Source: Psilocybe cubensis (taxonomy: Eukaryota). Taken from it: 64,000 bases of DNA. The notes below the pieces were generated by a model that worked only from the letters and a program-made list of their open reading frames with translations, was not told the origin of the DNA and did not search any database. Both the position numbers and the translations under genes were made by a program. The stretch spans positions 2,604,001-2,668,000 of the forward strand of contig CM039000.1 of assembly GCA_017499595.2 (NCBI GenBank), in the 5' to 3' direction. This document shows positions 12,456-25,300 of this stretch, one piece after another; positions within the stretch are counted from its first letter, which is position 1; each line of letters opens with the position of its first letter.

Positions 12456-12898
12456 TGTAATAATACTGACGCCTCTAATGAATAAACGCGATCGAGTAAT
12501 GTCAGTGGTTTCTCAAGATGTGGTAGAGAGCTAAGTAAACTCCATCCATCATGTAGGATCGTTGCATGAGAGCGACTGTTCAACTTGCTCAAGTTCCGGT
12601 TGGTCATGCGGGCCGGCTAACAATGGTCCTAATGGATTTAATCATTTCACGCGTTTGATTGGACTGGTAATAATTTGACAACAAGTCTCTATATAACGCT
12701 TCATGGCAGACGAACGACGTGCAAGGGGACACACTTCCAAGGCCCATATCCTCGCTCGTTATATCTTCCCATCGCGCATTTGAAGATTGCGTTCTTAAAT
12801 GCTTCTTCAGGTGGCGCGACGCATCCTATTAATGGTAGGCACTCGTGCTCGAGTTGGTAGCGTTTCCACACAAAATAGTGGATGCAGAATCCAATAGT

Positions 12899-13940
12899 TT
12901 ATGGTGGATTGATGCTGGATCGGGACGTACGTGTAGATGGGTCCAGTATAATGACGAAATTGTTTCGGTTGCCTGTACGGAGGACAGTCTTCTTCGCGAA
13001 CGCTTGAGAAGCCTGTGAAGGCAGGGGTGTAGGATGCTTCTTCTGGTAGAGCCAATATCCCATTTTTCCATTCTTACGCCATCGTTCCCGCACTTCAGTA
13101 AAGCCTATTGACTCCATGAGAGCCTTTAGATGATCAAAGGTAAGATAGCGCGAGTTGGCTACGCATGGTAGAGGGAGCTGTGACCATATAAGCAACCAAC
13201 CACCATGCAAAATCGAGACAACATACAGCCAGGAAAAGGAGACCATCAGGTAGCAAAAAGTTGTACGCCAACTGAAGCATTAGACCTTAAAAGCTTTATT
13301 ACACAGCTGTTAAGGATAAAATTAAACAAAAACCAACCTCTATCAGCCGCTACTGGTACAAAGTTCAAGACAAGACTGAGGCTTATAGCATCCCATTTGC
13401 TCTGGTTTTCCTTCAGATCCAAGAGAAGGAAATCTTGCTCAGCTATACTCGGATGCCGAGAGCGTAAATCAATTGGTGTCCACTCAATCCACGAAGAATG
13501 AGGCTGATAGTTATCAGGTTTGAGAGCACCAACTTCCAGCAATCTATCCAAGTACCATTAATATAACACACGCACAGCAAAACAACAAGAAAAACTCACC
13601 TTAGCTTTCCAGTGGTCCCAGATCGGCGATGTAAATTCAATTCCTTTAACCAATTGACAAATATTTTTTCACTTCCACCTCCTCTTTGCTCCTGTTGACC
13701 CAGTGAAGAAAGCTGTTGATACCGTTCAAGGCCTCCCAATTCTGAAACTTGTCTGTCTATTTCAGCCAACTCGTGCTTGTGCTCCAGAGGTGCCTGTTCA
13801 AGTTGTTTACGGCGTTTCATAAGGACATGGTATTTTCGAATCGTGTTCCTGCATGACTGCGCTGCAGTTGAAGGGTCAGATTTAGACGCTGCCTCTGGGA
13901 CGATGGGCAGCTTTCGTTTTTTGGTGCGAACCTTTGGCAT
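12899..13940 (-). CDS. BMT2: 25S rRNA adenine-N1 methyltransferase Bmt2, multi-exon
   Basis: GGLERYQQLS..GQ...RGGGSEK, LLEVGAL, IDL...HP.I.EQDF, SLSLVLNFVP...RG, LP..CV.NSRY, RNNF. Confidence 0.9.
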
Positions 13941-14127
13941 AGCAGGAAGTGATCAAAGTTACACAAGTGATCGCCGCTTTTAGAGCGTGTTTGCGGAGCG
14001 TAAATAGCATCAGTATCGGTCCTGTCAACCTGCCGTCAACATCATTCAATGAAGCCTACCATGTGCTATTTAACTGGTACTACCACAACCCATTCAACAG
14101 TAATCTCCCCCTGACCAAGTTTTTACC

Positions 14128-15192
14128 ATGTCCCAGAAAACCAGGCCTCGTGGTAATTTGAATCCCTCATTTTCTTTGCAAACTGTTCTAACAGATAGCA
14201 TCACAGGGCTCTTATTAGCACTCGTTGTCTTTCCTTCTTTGACTGCCCTCGCCGTGTCCACCATGTTTGGACGGTTCAAAGCAGCGGGAATGGACCTACA
14301 ACTACGCAGACACTGCTTGCCTTCTTCTGACGTCCACACCGACTTCCGATTAGACTACACTGGCATCGGAGCCATTGACAAAACTCTCTGCCCACTCGTC
14401 ACTTTTTTCCACAATATCATGGACAATCCCACCTCGAGCTCTTTTCTTTCCTATGCAATCGGAATTAGCGGCCCTATGATCACACTCCCCCTGTTGGAAG
14501 CTTATAGGCTGGGTCAAAGCCGCTTCGTCCTCTACCCAGTCGTGTGGGGCTTGCTCAGCCAAATCGCAACTGTCGGGATGGTATTCCCTCTCTACTGGCT
14601 CGCCTTCATCCTCACCGAAGGTGCCAAAGTGCAGCGCACATACAAAGTCCACTCGTTCACACAGGCCGAAGCAGAGGCCATCATATTCGGGATCGTCGTC
14701 GGCGCAGTCATTCCTTCGCTCGCCATGCTATTCATGGCCGATGCGCATGTTACAGCGATCTGGCAATTATACCCTCTATACATTTCTATTGCCCAACTTG
14801 TCCATATGTTTATTCGCCCACCATCCAAGCATTCGCAATCCGGAATAGTCACTATTCGGGCACTTTATCTAGGACTGTTCATTGTATCATCGTCAATGCA
14901 CATATCTACAGTGTGGCCCTTGATAAACGATTTCAGTGCAATCAAGGAGCTGCTTCTACCCTCATCATCGGCCATTCACCCTTCCAAAGACATTAACAAC
15001 CACCTATTGGAATTTTTAAAGTGGGATGTCATAATTGCATACTCGGCCACAGCATTGGCCATGTTATGGTTCTCAAAGAACGTCAAACAACTCATCACGA
15101 TCCTTCTCTGGTATGCCGTTGCCATACCTGTATTCGGTTTTGGTGCCGCTGTGATGGGAGTCGCTATCTGGAGGGATGGAATTTTGAATTGA
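14128..15192 (+). CDS. Intronless polytopic membrane protein, CtvD/AurD/PaxA-like (epoxide hydrolase/cyclase-like), copy 2
   Basis: Single 354-aa ORF; YTGIGAIDKTLCPLVTFF, LLEAYR, WQLYP, FLKWD, AIWRD; colinear with the 10224 paralogue. Confidence 0.7.
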   Translation: MSQKTRPRGNLNPSFSLQTVLTDSITGLLLALVVFPSLTALAVSTMFGRFKAAGMDLQLRRHCLPSSDVHTDFRLDYTGIGAIDKTLCPLVTFFHNIMDNPTSSSFLSYAIGISGPMITLPLLEAYRLGQSRFVLYPVVWGLLSQIATVGMVFPLYWLAFILTEGAKVQRTYKVHSFTQAEAEAIIFGIVVGAVIPSLAMLFMADAHVTAIWQLYPLYISIAQLVHMFIRPPSKHSQSGIVTIRALYLGLFIVSSSMHISTVWPLINDFSAIKELLLPSSSAIHPSKDINNHLLEFLKWDVIIAYSATALAMLWFSKNVKQLITILLWYAVAIPVFGFGAAVMGVAIWRDGILN

Positions 15193-15341
15193 TTATTCGT
15201 TGTATCATCGAAAACGTAGGAATATTCACATCTCAAAAAAAGAGAACGATATAAACGCATTATTATGACAATTAAAATGGAGATCAATGATAGATAATAC
15301 AAGCTAAAGGGAAAACATAAAAATTGGGAGTCATTGGAAAA

Positions 15342-18300
15342 TCAGCGCTTGGCTTTATTCTTCCCATTAGCCTTTCCGTTAGACTTCTTGGGACGTTCAT
15401 CCTCTGAATCATCAGATCCAGCTGCTCTTTTCCCCTCTGCTTTCTTTTGGTCGGCTGGAATTTGTAGGGGTCAACACAAGAACTTTGAAACTATGAACGC
15501 ATTGCGACTCACATTTGGCAGCCTTTCTTTCGAGTTCGTCCCAGTCCTCACCTATAAAGAGAATCAGATTGAATTGAACACGAAATAAGCGCGCACTGAC
15601 CTTCATCACTATCATCTCCTCCACCAAAGTCAGATCCACTTTCATCGGATCCACTAGCGTCCGAATCTCCATAATCGCTTTCATCATCACTGCTCGAGCT
15701 TGCCGCCAACTCTTCAGAATCAGCTTCGAAATCGGATTCGGTATCGGAGCCTTCCGAATTTTCACTCTGAAAAGTACGGTTAGATTGGATCATTGGAAAG
15801 AGTTGTTGAGACGCGTACCTCGACTCCTCCAGCACCACCGAGGAAGGACCAGCCACCCTGTTGGAAAAATTCGAAAGGGCTTTCATTGATATGCTTCATG
15901 ATAGGGCCCCAATTCAAATTGACGGGTCCTTCACTCATGGGAATATCGACGGAACTAGTTTGTTTATTAAAAGGTGGGATCAAGAGATCACAGTGAAGAA
16001 ATGCTTACTCCAACCAATTCTTGACATCGTCCATTTGGGAGCTTTGGATTGAATTAATGTGTAACGGGGCTTTGGTGAAATCTTTGAAAATGAACACCAG
16101 ATCAAATTGCTTTAGCCCGTATTGGACACGCTCGAGGGAGGCTATCTCAATTTCCGAGAGTGTGACAACCAAGAAAGGGGGGTCTGTGAGATGAACAAGA
16201 CATTCCGTAGTAGGCTGCAATCGAGCACTAGTACGGAATGGTACACCCTCGAACGACAGCTCTCTGAAAGGAACATCCAGTTCCAGAGTGTCGCCGTTCT
16301 ATACATCGCGTTAGCATGTGGTGAATGATCAAACCAAAAAAGACCAACTGAAGTCGATGCAGCTTCAGCAATTTTCTCAGCAAAGGCTTTAATCTCCTTA
16401 TTGAGGAGGGCCCTGCGTTTTCTTTCCTGCTGCTCCATCTCAATTTCGTCCTCATCTCCGTAGCGGTGTTTACGCTTGCGGTTGCCAGTTTCGTCAAATT
16501 GTACATCCGTGGCTTCACGGAAGAATTGCACATCCTATAATGTATAAATTGAGATATAATTATGCATGGAAGAGGCTACATACAAAGGTTTTTTTCTTGC
16601 CGATCATTATAGGAGCCTTGAGATGAAGGTGGACGATCACCAATAGTTCGTGATCGCATGGCTGAAAAAAGAGGTGTTTGATATTGCTGAACAAAACATC
16701 TGAATGAAAAAATAGACACTGTTAGACGTTGTCGATTACATTTTATCAGATGTACTGACCGACTTTCTGCGAGCCCATGGACTGGTATCGAATACCATTT
16801 TGGTGAATTTCCACTTCTCCGGGCAGTCGTTTTCCATCCAAAGCAGGACGAATAAATGCCTCAGGCATTTTGATGGGTCGTCTTCCTTTAATTTCCACCA
16901 GGCTACCCTGTTCAACAACATCAGCCATCTCCTTCTTTTGCTGTTCTCGTTTGTTTGCCTCTTTTTTGAGGTCGTTTATTTGCTTTACTGTATTGTCGAG
17001 ACGATGTCCATCAGGAGAACGGTAAGATACAGAGCGAATAAAAGTAGCCTCCGGATCTTCAAATGGCTAGATACAATATATATGAGGCAATTAAAGAAAT
17101 TGGGCAATGTACTTACAGTATCTTCCTTCTTCCCGGCTAATTGGCCTGGTGTCTGGAAGTTGATGCGAAGGTATGTAAAATCTCCTTCGTCGCTTTTGCT
17201 AGCATTCTTGATGGTATTGATATGGAAGGGAACGGCAAATCCGTGGATTGGCAAAATAACTGTCTGTGCTTTACGGTCGACCACGATCTGAATAAGATTT
17301 AAAATCAGTAAAAGAATGAGCAAAAGAATGCATGCAATGCACCCGTAGTCTGTCAACTTCGCTTGGCAAAGCTCCTTCGCCTTTATAACTTTGGAACTTT
17401 TTCCAGCCCTTCCCCTCCTTCCCACTTGATCCTCCGCCGTCTTCGGAGAATTTAGCGAGCCCTTGACTTTGAAGATTCTCGTGTAATTCTCGCTGATGTT
17501 CAATCAACTTAGCCAGCGCAGTCTGATGAACCTCATCTTGAACCGCCCGGCGCGTCTGATTGCGAAGGACCTTTCCCCCTACAGTCTTCTGTTTCATGGG
17601 TGTACCATTTTTTAATGGGACAGCTGGCGCCTTCTTAGATGTCTTTTGTTGCTTTTCTTCGTCACTATCTGGAGTTAAAAAGAAAAGTGTATCTTTCGGC
17701 GTCTTATTACCGTCTGTCATAAGAGACGACCTTCCAGCTTCGACCTTAATGGTGTCAACAAGGTTTAAGGCATACCTGGATGAAATTAAATAGATGTTGG
17801 TCGACAGAAAATCAATGATACTTACTTTTGGCCGGAACTGTCAGTGAGCCCAGAGAATCCGAGGCTCAAGTTGATCACCATATTTTTTCTCAGCCGGCGA
17901 TTATTCTTTGGGGAAAGAATGTAACTAGCATCACGGAACTCTATTCCAGTCTAATGAACTATTAGCAAATGTGTATGGATGTAAAATAAACGGTACTTAC
18001 AGCGAACCCAATATTTTTGACAAAGAACTTCTCTAGATCAGGCATATGGCTCTTGATGTACGTCAATGCGTGTTGGTATGCGTCACGCGTCGAAACGCCG
18101 TCCTTCATGAACGACAGAAGCTCCGATTGAAGAGATAGCAATAGATTATACTGAGCCTCTTGGTCCTAAAATACAATGTTAAAACAGCGCACTAACGTCA
18201 ATATTTGTATAACTTACTGGATTGGGGTCCACGATGAAGGTTCGGCCAACGTTAGTGCTATATGACCTGTAACGCATACCGAAGTTGACTAAGAATACGC

Positions 18301-19443
18301 CTTTGTGAGCAATGTTGTCGTCGGAAGATTCCACGGTATATCTTAGATCGTATCCTGATTTTGACGACTTCGAGATGATGATTGGTGGGTAGCAAAACTC
18401 GACAGATGGCCAGTCAACCTTGGAACGGGGAATAAGTAAAATTGAGTCAACGTTCAAAACAGTATTACTCACATTCTCGAGGCCTTTACCTTTTGCCCAG
18501 ACTTTCATGTCAGGGCCTTTTGCCGCGCTCCCCTCCCCAGAACCAAGCCTTGCCTCAATTTGAGCAGCAAGCAAATCATGAGTGATCTTAGATTCTTTGT
18601 CTAGAATTGACTCTAACTTGGGAGCCACATGATATTTGAGAAGAGTAGATGTGAGGTTTGCTGCAGTTTGAGTCCATTTCTATAGAGTGGAGTTGAAATT
18701 ACACGCGAAAAATAAATAAACCTTGGTCTTACCAGTTCCTCTTCATCCTTTACGGCCAAAAAAGCCGAAATAGCTGGTGCCATGTCCACAAGTTCCGGTT
18801 TGGATGGTGACTCATTAACTAAACCTTGCCATTCTGATACTAATTTTCCTGTCGGTGACTCTTTAATGAGTGAACCGACACGTTTGCATGAGGCATACGC
18901 GGCCAGAAACTTAGGAAGGGCATCATTTGTGGAATCTTTTCCTTTGGGACGAGCTAATATTTCGATATTGACCGATTTTATCACGTTTTCAATTTGAGAA
19001 AGAATTTTGGCTGAAAATAGGTGGTCAACGGCAGAGTAATGCGAATAAATGTATCTTGGATGCACCTTTTGAAGCTGAGCATAGAATTTGAATCTTGTTC
19101 TTTTGAAATAGAAAGAGGGTCGAAGGGAATTCATAACCAAGAAGCCATTGCTAAAATCTATGATTCAGCAACTCGAGACCGAGTCCACGCTGAATGGTTG
19201 CTTACCTGGAAGCAGGACCCTTTACGCATAGGTTCTTCATCGGATGTAGGATCTCCTGCTATCAAGAATAAGGCGTCTACGTCCGCTATCGATTCATAAT
19301 CTTCATCTTGCTGAGCATTCTAATCATATAGAAATATTAACAAAGCCCAATGACCATAGTTCTGATAAACGTACAGCCCAGGAGTCATAAATTCGCTTCA
19401 CTCGAGTAGCAAATGTGGTTTTGTTTAGTTGTGTGTCAGCCAT
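15342..19443 (-). CDS. SPT16: FACT complex subunit Spt16, multi-exon
   Basis: [67 protein letters not shown], acidic tail, DWDELERKA. Confidence 0.97.
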
Positions 19444-19786
19444 TGACACTAGCAGCAATGAATGTGCAGCAACGCGTCGAGGGTTAAGAGTCAAGTCACG
19501 TCCTGTGGCCGCAAGTGCCTTACAGACGCGCTTCATACATGAAGGATACAATTGGATCGGAGTCTGAATTTGAATTTGTAAAATTACGACATCGCTATAT
19601 TTATCCTCCTATACAACTGCTAAAACAATTATAAGGAGACGTCATTTTATGCAACTCAACGACTCTGAGCAAGTTAAATAGTTTTGTATTTATCTGTAAT
19701 AATGCAAATGGTGGTTGTTTAATTTATCAGTTGGCACGATGCATGAGTGACATAAACTACAGAAAAGGTTCTTGCTCTAACGAATA

Positions 19787-21933
19787 TTATGGTTCCTGGC
19801 TGTAAGCAGAGAGATCTTTGAGCAAAAATATAGTCTCTTCCACTCTCATTTCCAATATTGTCAACTTTTCCTCCTTCGATTCCCATTCCTTGAGTGTTTC
19901 CCGCTCTAACCTCGTCAATAAGCTCTCATCCTGACTTACATCACTCCTCTCTCTTTTCTGCAGAACCGCAGAAACCTCACTGTTTTCCCGCTCTGACCGC
20001 CTACGAGCAGCAATATTAAACAATGTCTTGTAGACATTGCCTAAGATGACTTGGTAGCACTTTTGTAGATCAACATACCTGCAAAAGATGCTATCAATAC
20101 GTTGATTTGTATGGCATATTGTCAGAGATACCAGAGATAAAATGTTCTGGTAGGATTCCGATCAGCACTTTTGGGTACTTCTTGGGTGGAAATTAATGAA
20201 TCGGCAGATAGTGCAACAAGGAGAGGTCGGACGTCCTTAGGGGCCATCATAACATTTTTTGAAATCTATTTCGGTCCATCAGCAACGATAAACAATCGTG
20301 AAGAGTAACCCACTTGTTTTTCGTCCATTTTGCCAGTTGAGGAAAGTAAACGTAAAATTCTGACACCCTCTGGCCCATGTTTGTCTCTTGCTACAGCTTC
20401 TACAATCGCCTGACGCATTCTCTGTCCAATTATTTCGAATTCAACTTGCACTTTCGAAGACGAATACGATATAAAGGACGAAGCTCGGCCTTCGGGTGTT
20501 GGATTATCGGCTGATGCAAGCATTCCCAGATAATCCTTGACACATGTAAGAGTTGGTACCTTTTTAGAAGGATAAACGAGACCAGAGGATAATTCTGCAT
20601 CTTCCGGTATATGTACGGCGATGTTTGAAACAGAAGTGGGTTCTGTGATTTATCAGACACACAGCATTCAAAAATAGTTTTTGAAACTGACGTGATCTGC
20701 AGTCCGAAAGATCTCCTTGCGAGTTTTCGGTAGCTTTCAAAGCTGCTTGGACGACAATCGATGCTCCAAGGTTGTACCTCTCCTTGACGGCCCTTTCTAT
20801 CATCTATGAGAGGTTAAATATTATGCTCAAGAATTTCGGATACGACCTACTGTATTCCGTATGTGAATACCGAACCTTGCGTAATTAACCCTGAAGTAAA
20901 CATCTTCCTATTGCAATTTCACCATATTAATGTAGCATCCTGTGATAATGATATGGAGAACTACTCACGTTGACAACTTCTTCTTCTTCAGAAGTTTTCC
21001 GCTACAGCATGTAGCATTAGATTCAGAATTGCGCAGAGAAGAAAGGGCAAAACGCTACCTTATTTGAACGCGGCCCGGGCTGATCCTTAGCTTTGCGTTT
21101 CTTGAAATTATGTCAAGCGGGATATCATACACCGTACATATCTTAGAACATACCAATCCAACTTGCTCAGCCTCTTCCTCTTCCCTTTTAAGTCTGGCTT
21201 GTGCAACTTCTTTCGCTTCGCGCAACTCCTTCGCTGTTGGGAACCCAGAAATCTTTCGTTTTTCCTCGGACTCGTACTGTATACATTTATCGCGAGGAGA
21301 GAGATGAGAAAGAATGGTGGAAGGTTTCAGGTATGCCCCAGAAACAAGTTTATGAAGTGCTAAGGTATATTGCTTAATTTCTGATCAAATTAGCAATCAA
21401 ATTTTGAGGAGTCGTTAATTCATACGTACTCTTAGGGTCGTATACAGAAAGCTGGTTCATGATATCCGGGGACTTCAGTTTTCCGTGATCCAGAATTACT
21501 TGGATTATATCTGCTGCCTTTGGCATGATAAAATTTCCATATTTGACGAAGATAAATTCACCTGACCTCTTTTCCAAAAATTCTATCCGCTAGCCAGACA
21601 AATTTCCCGAACCGTAGACGCATGATGCAGTCGTCGACGTTGACTTCAAACATTTCAGTGCCATCATCTCCCTTCGTATGCCATAGTATATTATGTTGAA
21701 CAAGAACAAGAACGCATGCTCTAGCAGTACGAGGTTTCAGGTCCGCGAACCGTGCCAATTGGAAAAGAGACAGACGCCCGCGGCTCAATAAAACCGATGC
21801 AAGTTTCTGATAATTTGCATTCAGGTTAGTGCTTAGTAAATTGGATGAACAAGATTGAACAAACGGAAGTTAGAGGTCCGAAGTGTGTGTGTATAATTTC
21901 AACACACAAATTTTTTGTGTGGCTATCCGCCAT
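19787..21933 (-). CDS. RPC82: RNA polymerase III subunit RPC3/Rpc82, multi-exon
   Basis: HFGPLT, L.RGRLS, VLVQHN, LR.GKF, RILRLL...GKMDEKQ, QEVPKSADRNPTRTFYLW.VD. Confidence 0.92.
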
Positions 21934-22347
21934 TCCGAAGCAACAGTAGTTGTAAATTGCCTTGGGTAGATGAACCTCGAAGCACAGAAATTAACAATTG
22001 AAGGTGAAGTTGTAACGGTGTCGCAAAACCGATGATATAAGTCACAGCTTATAGTCGCTTCATCAGTACAGTAACAGAGTTTGCCAGTGAAGCTCTGAGA
22101 AAGTGGTCAAGATCGTAAACTTAATACCAGAGGAATCACTTCACTTTATGAGGTTTACGTAATCGTTTTTACAAAGCTTTTGATTGGCTGGCCAAAAACG
22201 CGATGCACGTGATCGTGCCCGAAGGCAGGTCATTACTCAAGAAATCGCGACTTCACATTCTTTGTTCAGGTGCGGCTACGTGCTAACCCTTTATTCAACG
22301 ACTACCAACAACGATTCTCTATTCTATGTATCAGACTACTTTGTATC

Positions 22348-25300
22348 ATGATTTATAATTCTTCTTCTGGCCATCCCACATTGCTCACTGCTGCCCAGTT
22401 CTCCGAGCTTGCCCAGCGCATCGCCAAAATATTCGAACAAATACAACACTCTAAACTCAAGAATGATACCAAGAACTACGTTAAACTCTATGAAATACAG
22501 AAGAAATATGCTTCTCATGTTCTAAAGACAGACGATGGTTATGATAGACTGATTGGAGAGCATCGGTTCTTTAAAATATTCCAAGACATGGTCCAGCGTT
22601 TCATTCTATTGAAAAAGGGTGTCTTCGCAGCCGACTGTGCGGTGACGTTTATAGGTGGATACGTTAAATTTATTAACGAGAAAGGTATGAACGATATCAT
22701 GTATAGAGAGAGTCGGAAGTTAAAAAACAGTATAGTGCCAACGCCTGAAAGCAGTGTTGTAGACGATGAAGAAGACGATGAACAGGAAATTGAAGAATTG
22801 GGCGGGAAAACATTTGAAGCACGTTTCATCAAGACTTTGCTCGACTATCTACTGCGCGGTTTTGATGCCAAAGACAAGAACGTTCGATATCGAGTCCTGC
22901 AGGTCGTCACTGGAATGATCTCGCATCTAGGAGTAATCCAGTAAGCTTCGTTTTCATAACATCTATCAAAGCATGCTGAATTATCAGTGAAAAACTTTAT
23001 ACCACATTACGAGCTGGATTTATCGCGCGTGCAATGGACAAAGAAAGTCATGTTCGCACCCAAGCATTAATATCGTTAATCAAACTCCTCAAAGAAACCT
23101 ATCCAGAAGATATTTCTGATTTAAACGGCCAACCGTCGATCATGGATGTACTTCTGGACAGACTGTCTTATGATCCTGCAGCGTGAGCAGCGTTCTTTTA
23201 GCTTTGGCCCTGGTGAAACTAACTTTTCTTCTTTCTTCACTAGTGACGTTCGTCATACCATCTTACATCACGTACCAATCAACCCTCAATCACTTCCTGC
23301 TATCCTTGAAAGGTGCCGCGATACAGATATTAACGTGCGAAGGGAAGTTTATATGAAACTTTCAAATTTTGAAAAGATCGCGGACGCAGGAGTTGCTGCT
23401 GATGCCAGTAACGATTTGATTGATCCTCATCCGGAAAATTTGACCCTTGCACAACGAGAATACGTTGTAAAAACAGGTCTCGGGGACAGAGGGGCTACTG
23501 TTCGGTCAGCAGCAAAAAAACTTGTCTGGAGTTGGATTGACGCCATCGATGCCGCGACGAATGACAAAGATGTAGGAATCAAGAAGAACCCCGCGAAAGC
23601 ATGGCAAACCTTACTCCCCGCCTTTCTGAGGCTTTTCGACCTTTGCAATGGGTCAAAGGTTGCGGCAGATGCTCTTATCGGCGCGTTCTCCGAAAGACCT
23701 GTAGTAATCCAAAAAGCAGAATTCAGTGGTACGTTAATCAAATGTCGCTTCTGTCCCTCAATCAATGATTTACCTATCCTTGCCACGTAGAGCAGTACTG
23801 GCTGACCCTCACACCGCAGAAAACACTTTTTGGTAGAGTCTTCATCGAGCACTGCAGCAACACCAACAATGATGCGAGGCTGGAAGTTATTCTACCTGAC
23901 GTCGCTGCCATTGCTCTGAAGATTCGGTCGGTGTATAACATGATTGTCAACAATGTAGTCACCGCAGATGGGAACATGGATGAGGACCACAAACCTGATG
24001 CCTCTGAAGACGATGCTGACTCACGAAACGTGATCATGTTAGAGCTCCTCAAGTTGGCTTTACATCTAGACTATTCAGAAGATCTTGGAAAGAGACATAC
24101 CCTTCAGCTGATGCGTAAGTCCTCTTTTTCTTTCACCTTATTCTGCCATTCTTATCTTTCTCAGGTGACATGATCAGCAACAACTCCCTTCCCGAAAATT
24201 TTATTGCACCATGCTTCGATATTTTGCGAATTCTTTCCTCCAGTGAAAGAGATTTTATTCGAATGGTAGTGGAAACGATCACAGATCTACGTGATGCAGT
24301 TTGCTTTGATGAGGTTGAGACAATAAAATTAGAGGTTTGTCGATTTTCATAGCTACATCACTAAACTTTTGACTGATAAACATCGTTTAGAACGTAGATG
24401 ACCCGAGCTTGGAAGAATCATCAAAATCTGCAGCGAATAAAATAACTTGGGAAAACATGACCACAGAACAAAAATCGCGGGCAGATAACGTAGATTTAAG
24501 ATGTCTCAAAATGTTCAGTGAAATGCTCAAACGTGTAAACACCGTTGGTTCAATTTTTTTATCGTTTAGATGCTGTTTTTTATGATACCTCTAGACATTC
24601 GACAAAAACAGCGTACTTCAGGGTGTTGTACGTGACTTGATAATTCCTGCTATGCGACGAGAAGATTCTCCTATCTTCATGGAGGAGGCATGGAAATCAT
24701 TGGGACTATGCTGTTTAATTGCAAAGGTCTGTATATTTCTTTTCTTCGATGTTCATTAGCAATTAACCATCACATAGGATATAGCACAGTGGTGTTTTGA
24801 TGAAATTGTGGAACGTATTCCAACGTCGTCCGGTGACATGAAGACAATTCTTATTCAATCGCTTTTCGATATTGTTATTGTTCACAGAAGTGGATTTTTT
24901 GTGACAGATAATCACAAATACACGGTTGGTTTCCTTCAGTTGATCATGTTATCCCACTGAAACAACTTCAACTTATAGTTGGAATCATTCACTAACCTAC
25001 TTCACGGAAAAATTCTGCAGGAGGAAGATCCGACAGTAAAAGCTTTGTGGTATATGGGTACTGCCAAACTAGTGATCCCTGGAGTAATAACTACTGTCGA
25101 GGTGAGCTCAATCTATCCCCGACTCACATACGAAGAAATTTACATATCCTAGACGATGAAAGTTCTTCTGAAAGCATTCTTATCTCCTTTGACGGCTGAT
25201 AACAATGAATTACGTCAATTTTCCAATTATTTCTTTCAAAGATATAGCTTCGCATGCCGGCCCAACCAGAAGAAGATAGCAGATGTATGTGCAAAACCAT

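Noticed and set aside
8319..15192. Possible secondary-metabolite gene cluster around the CtvD-like pair
   Set aside because: No PKS, NRPS, terpene synthase, P450, flavin monooxygenase, transporter or cluster regulator is present; HIBADH and BMT2 are ordinary housekeeping genes
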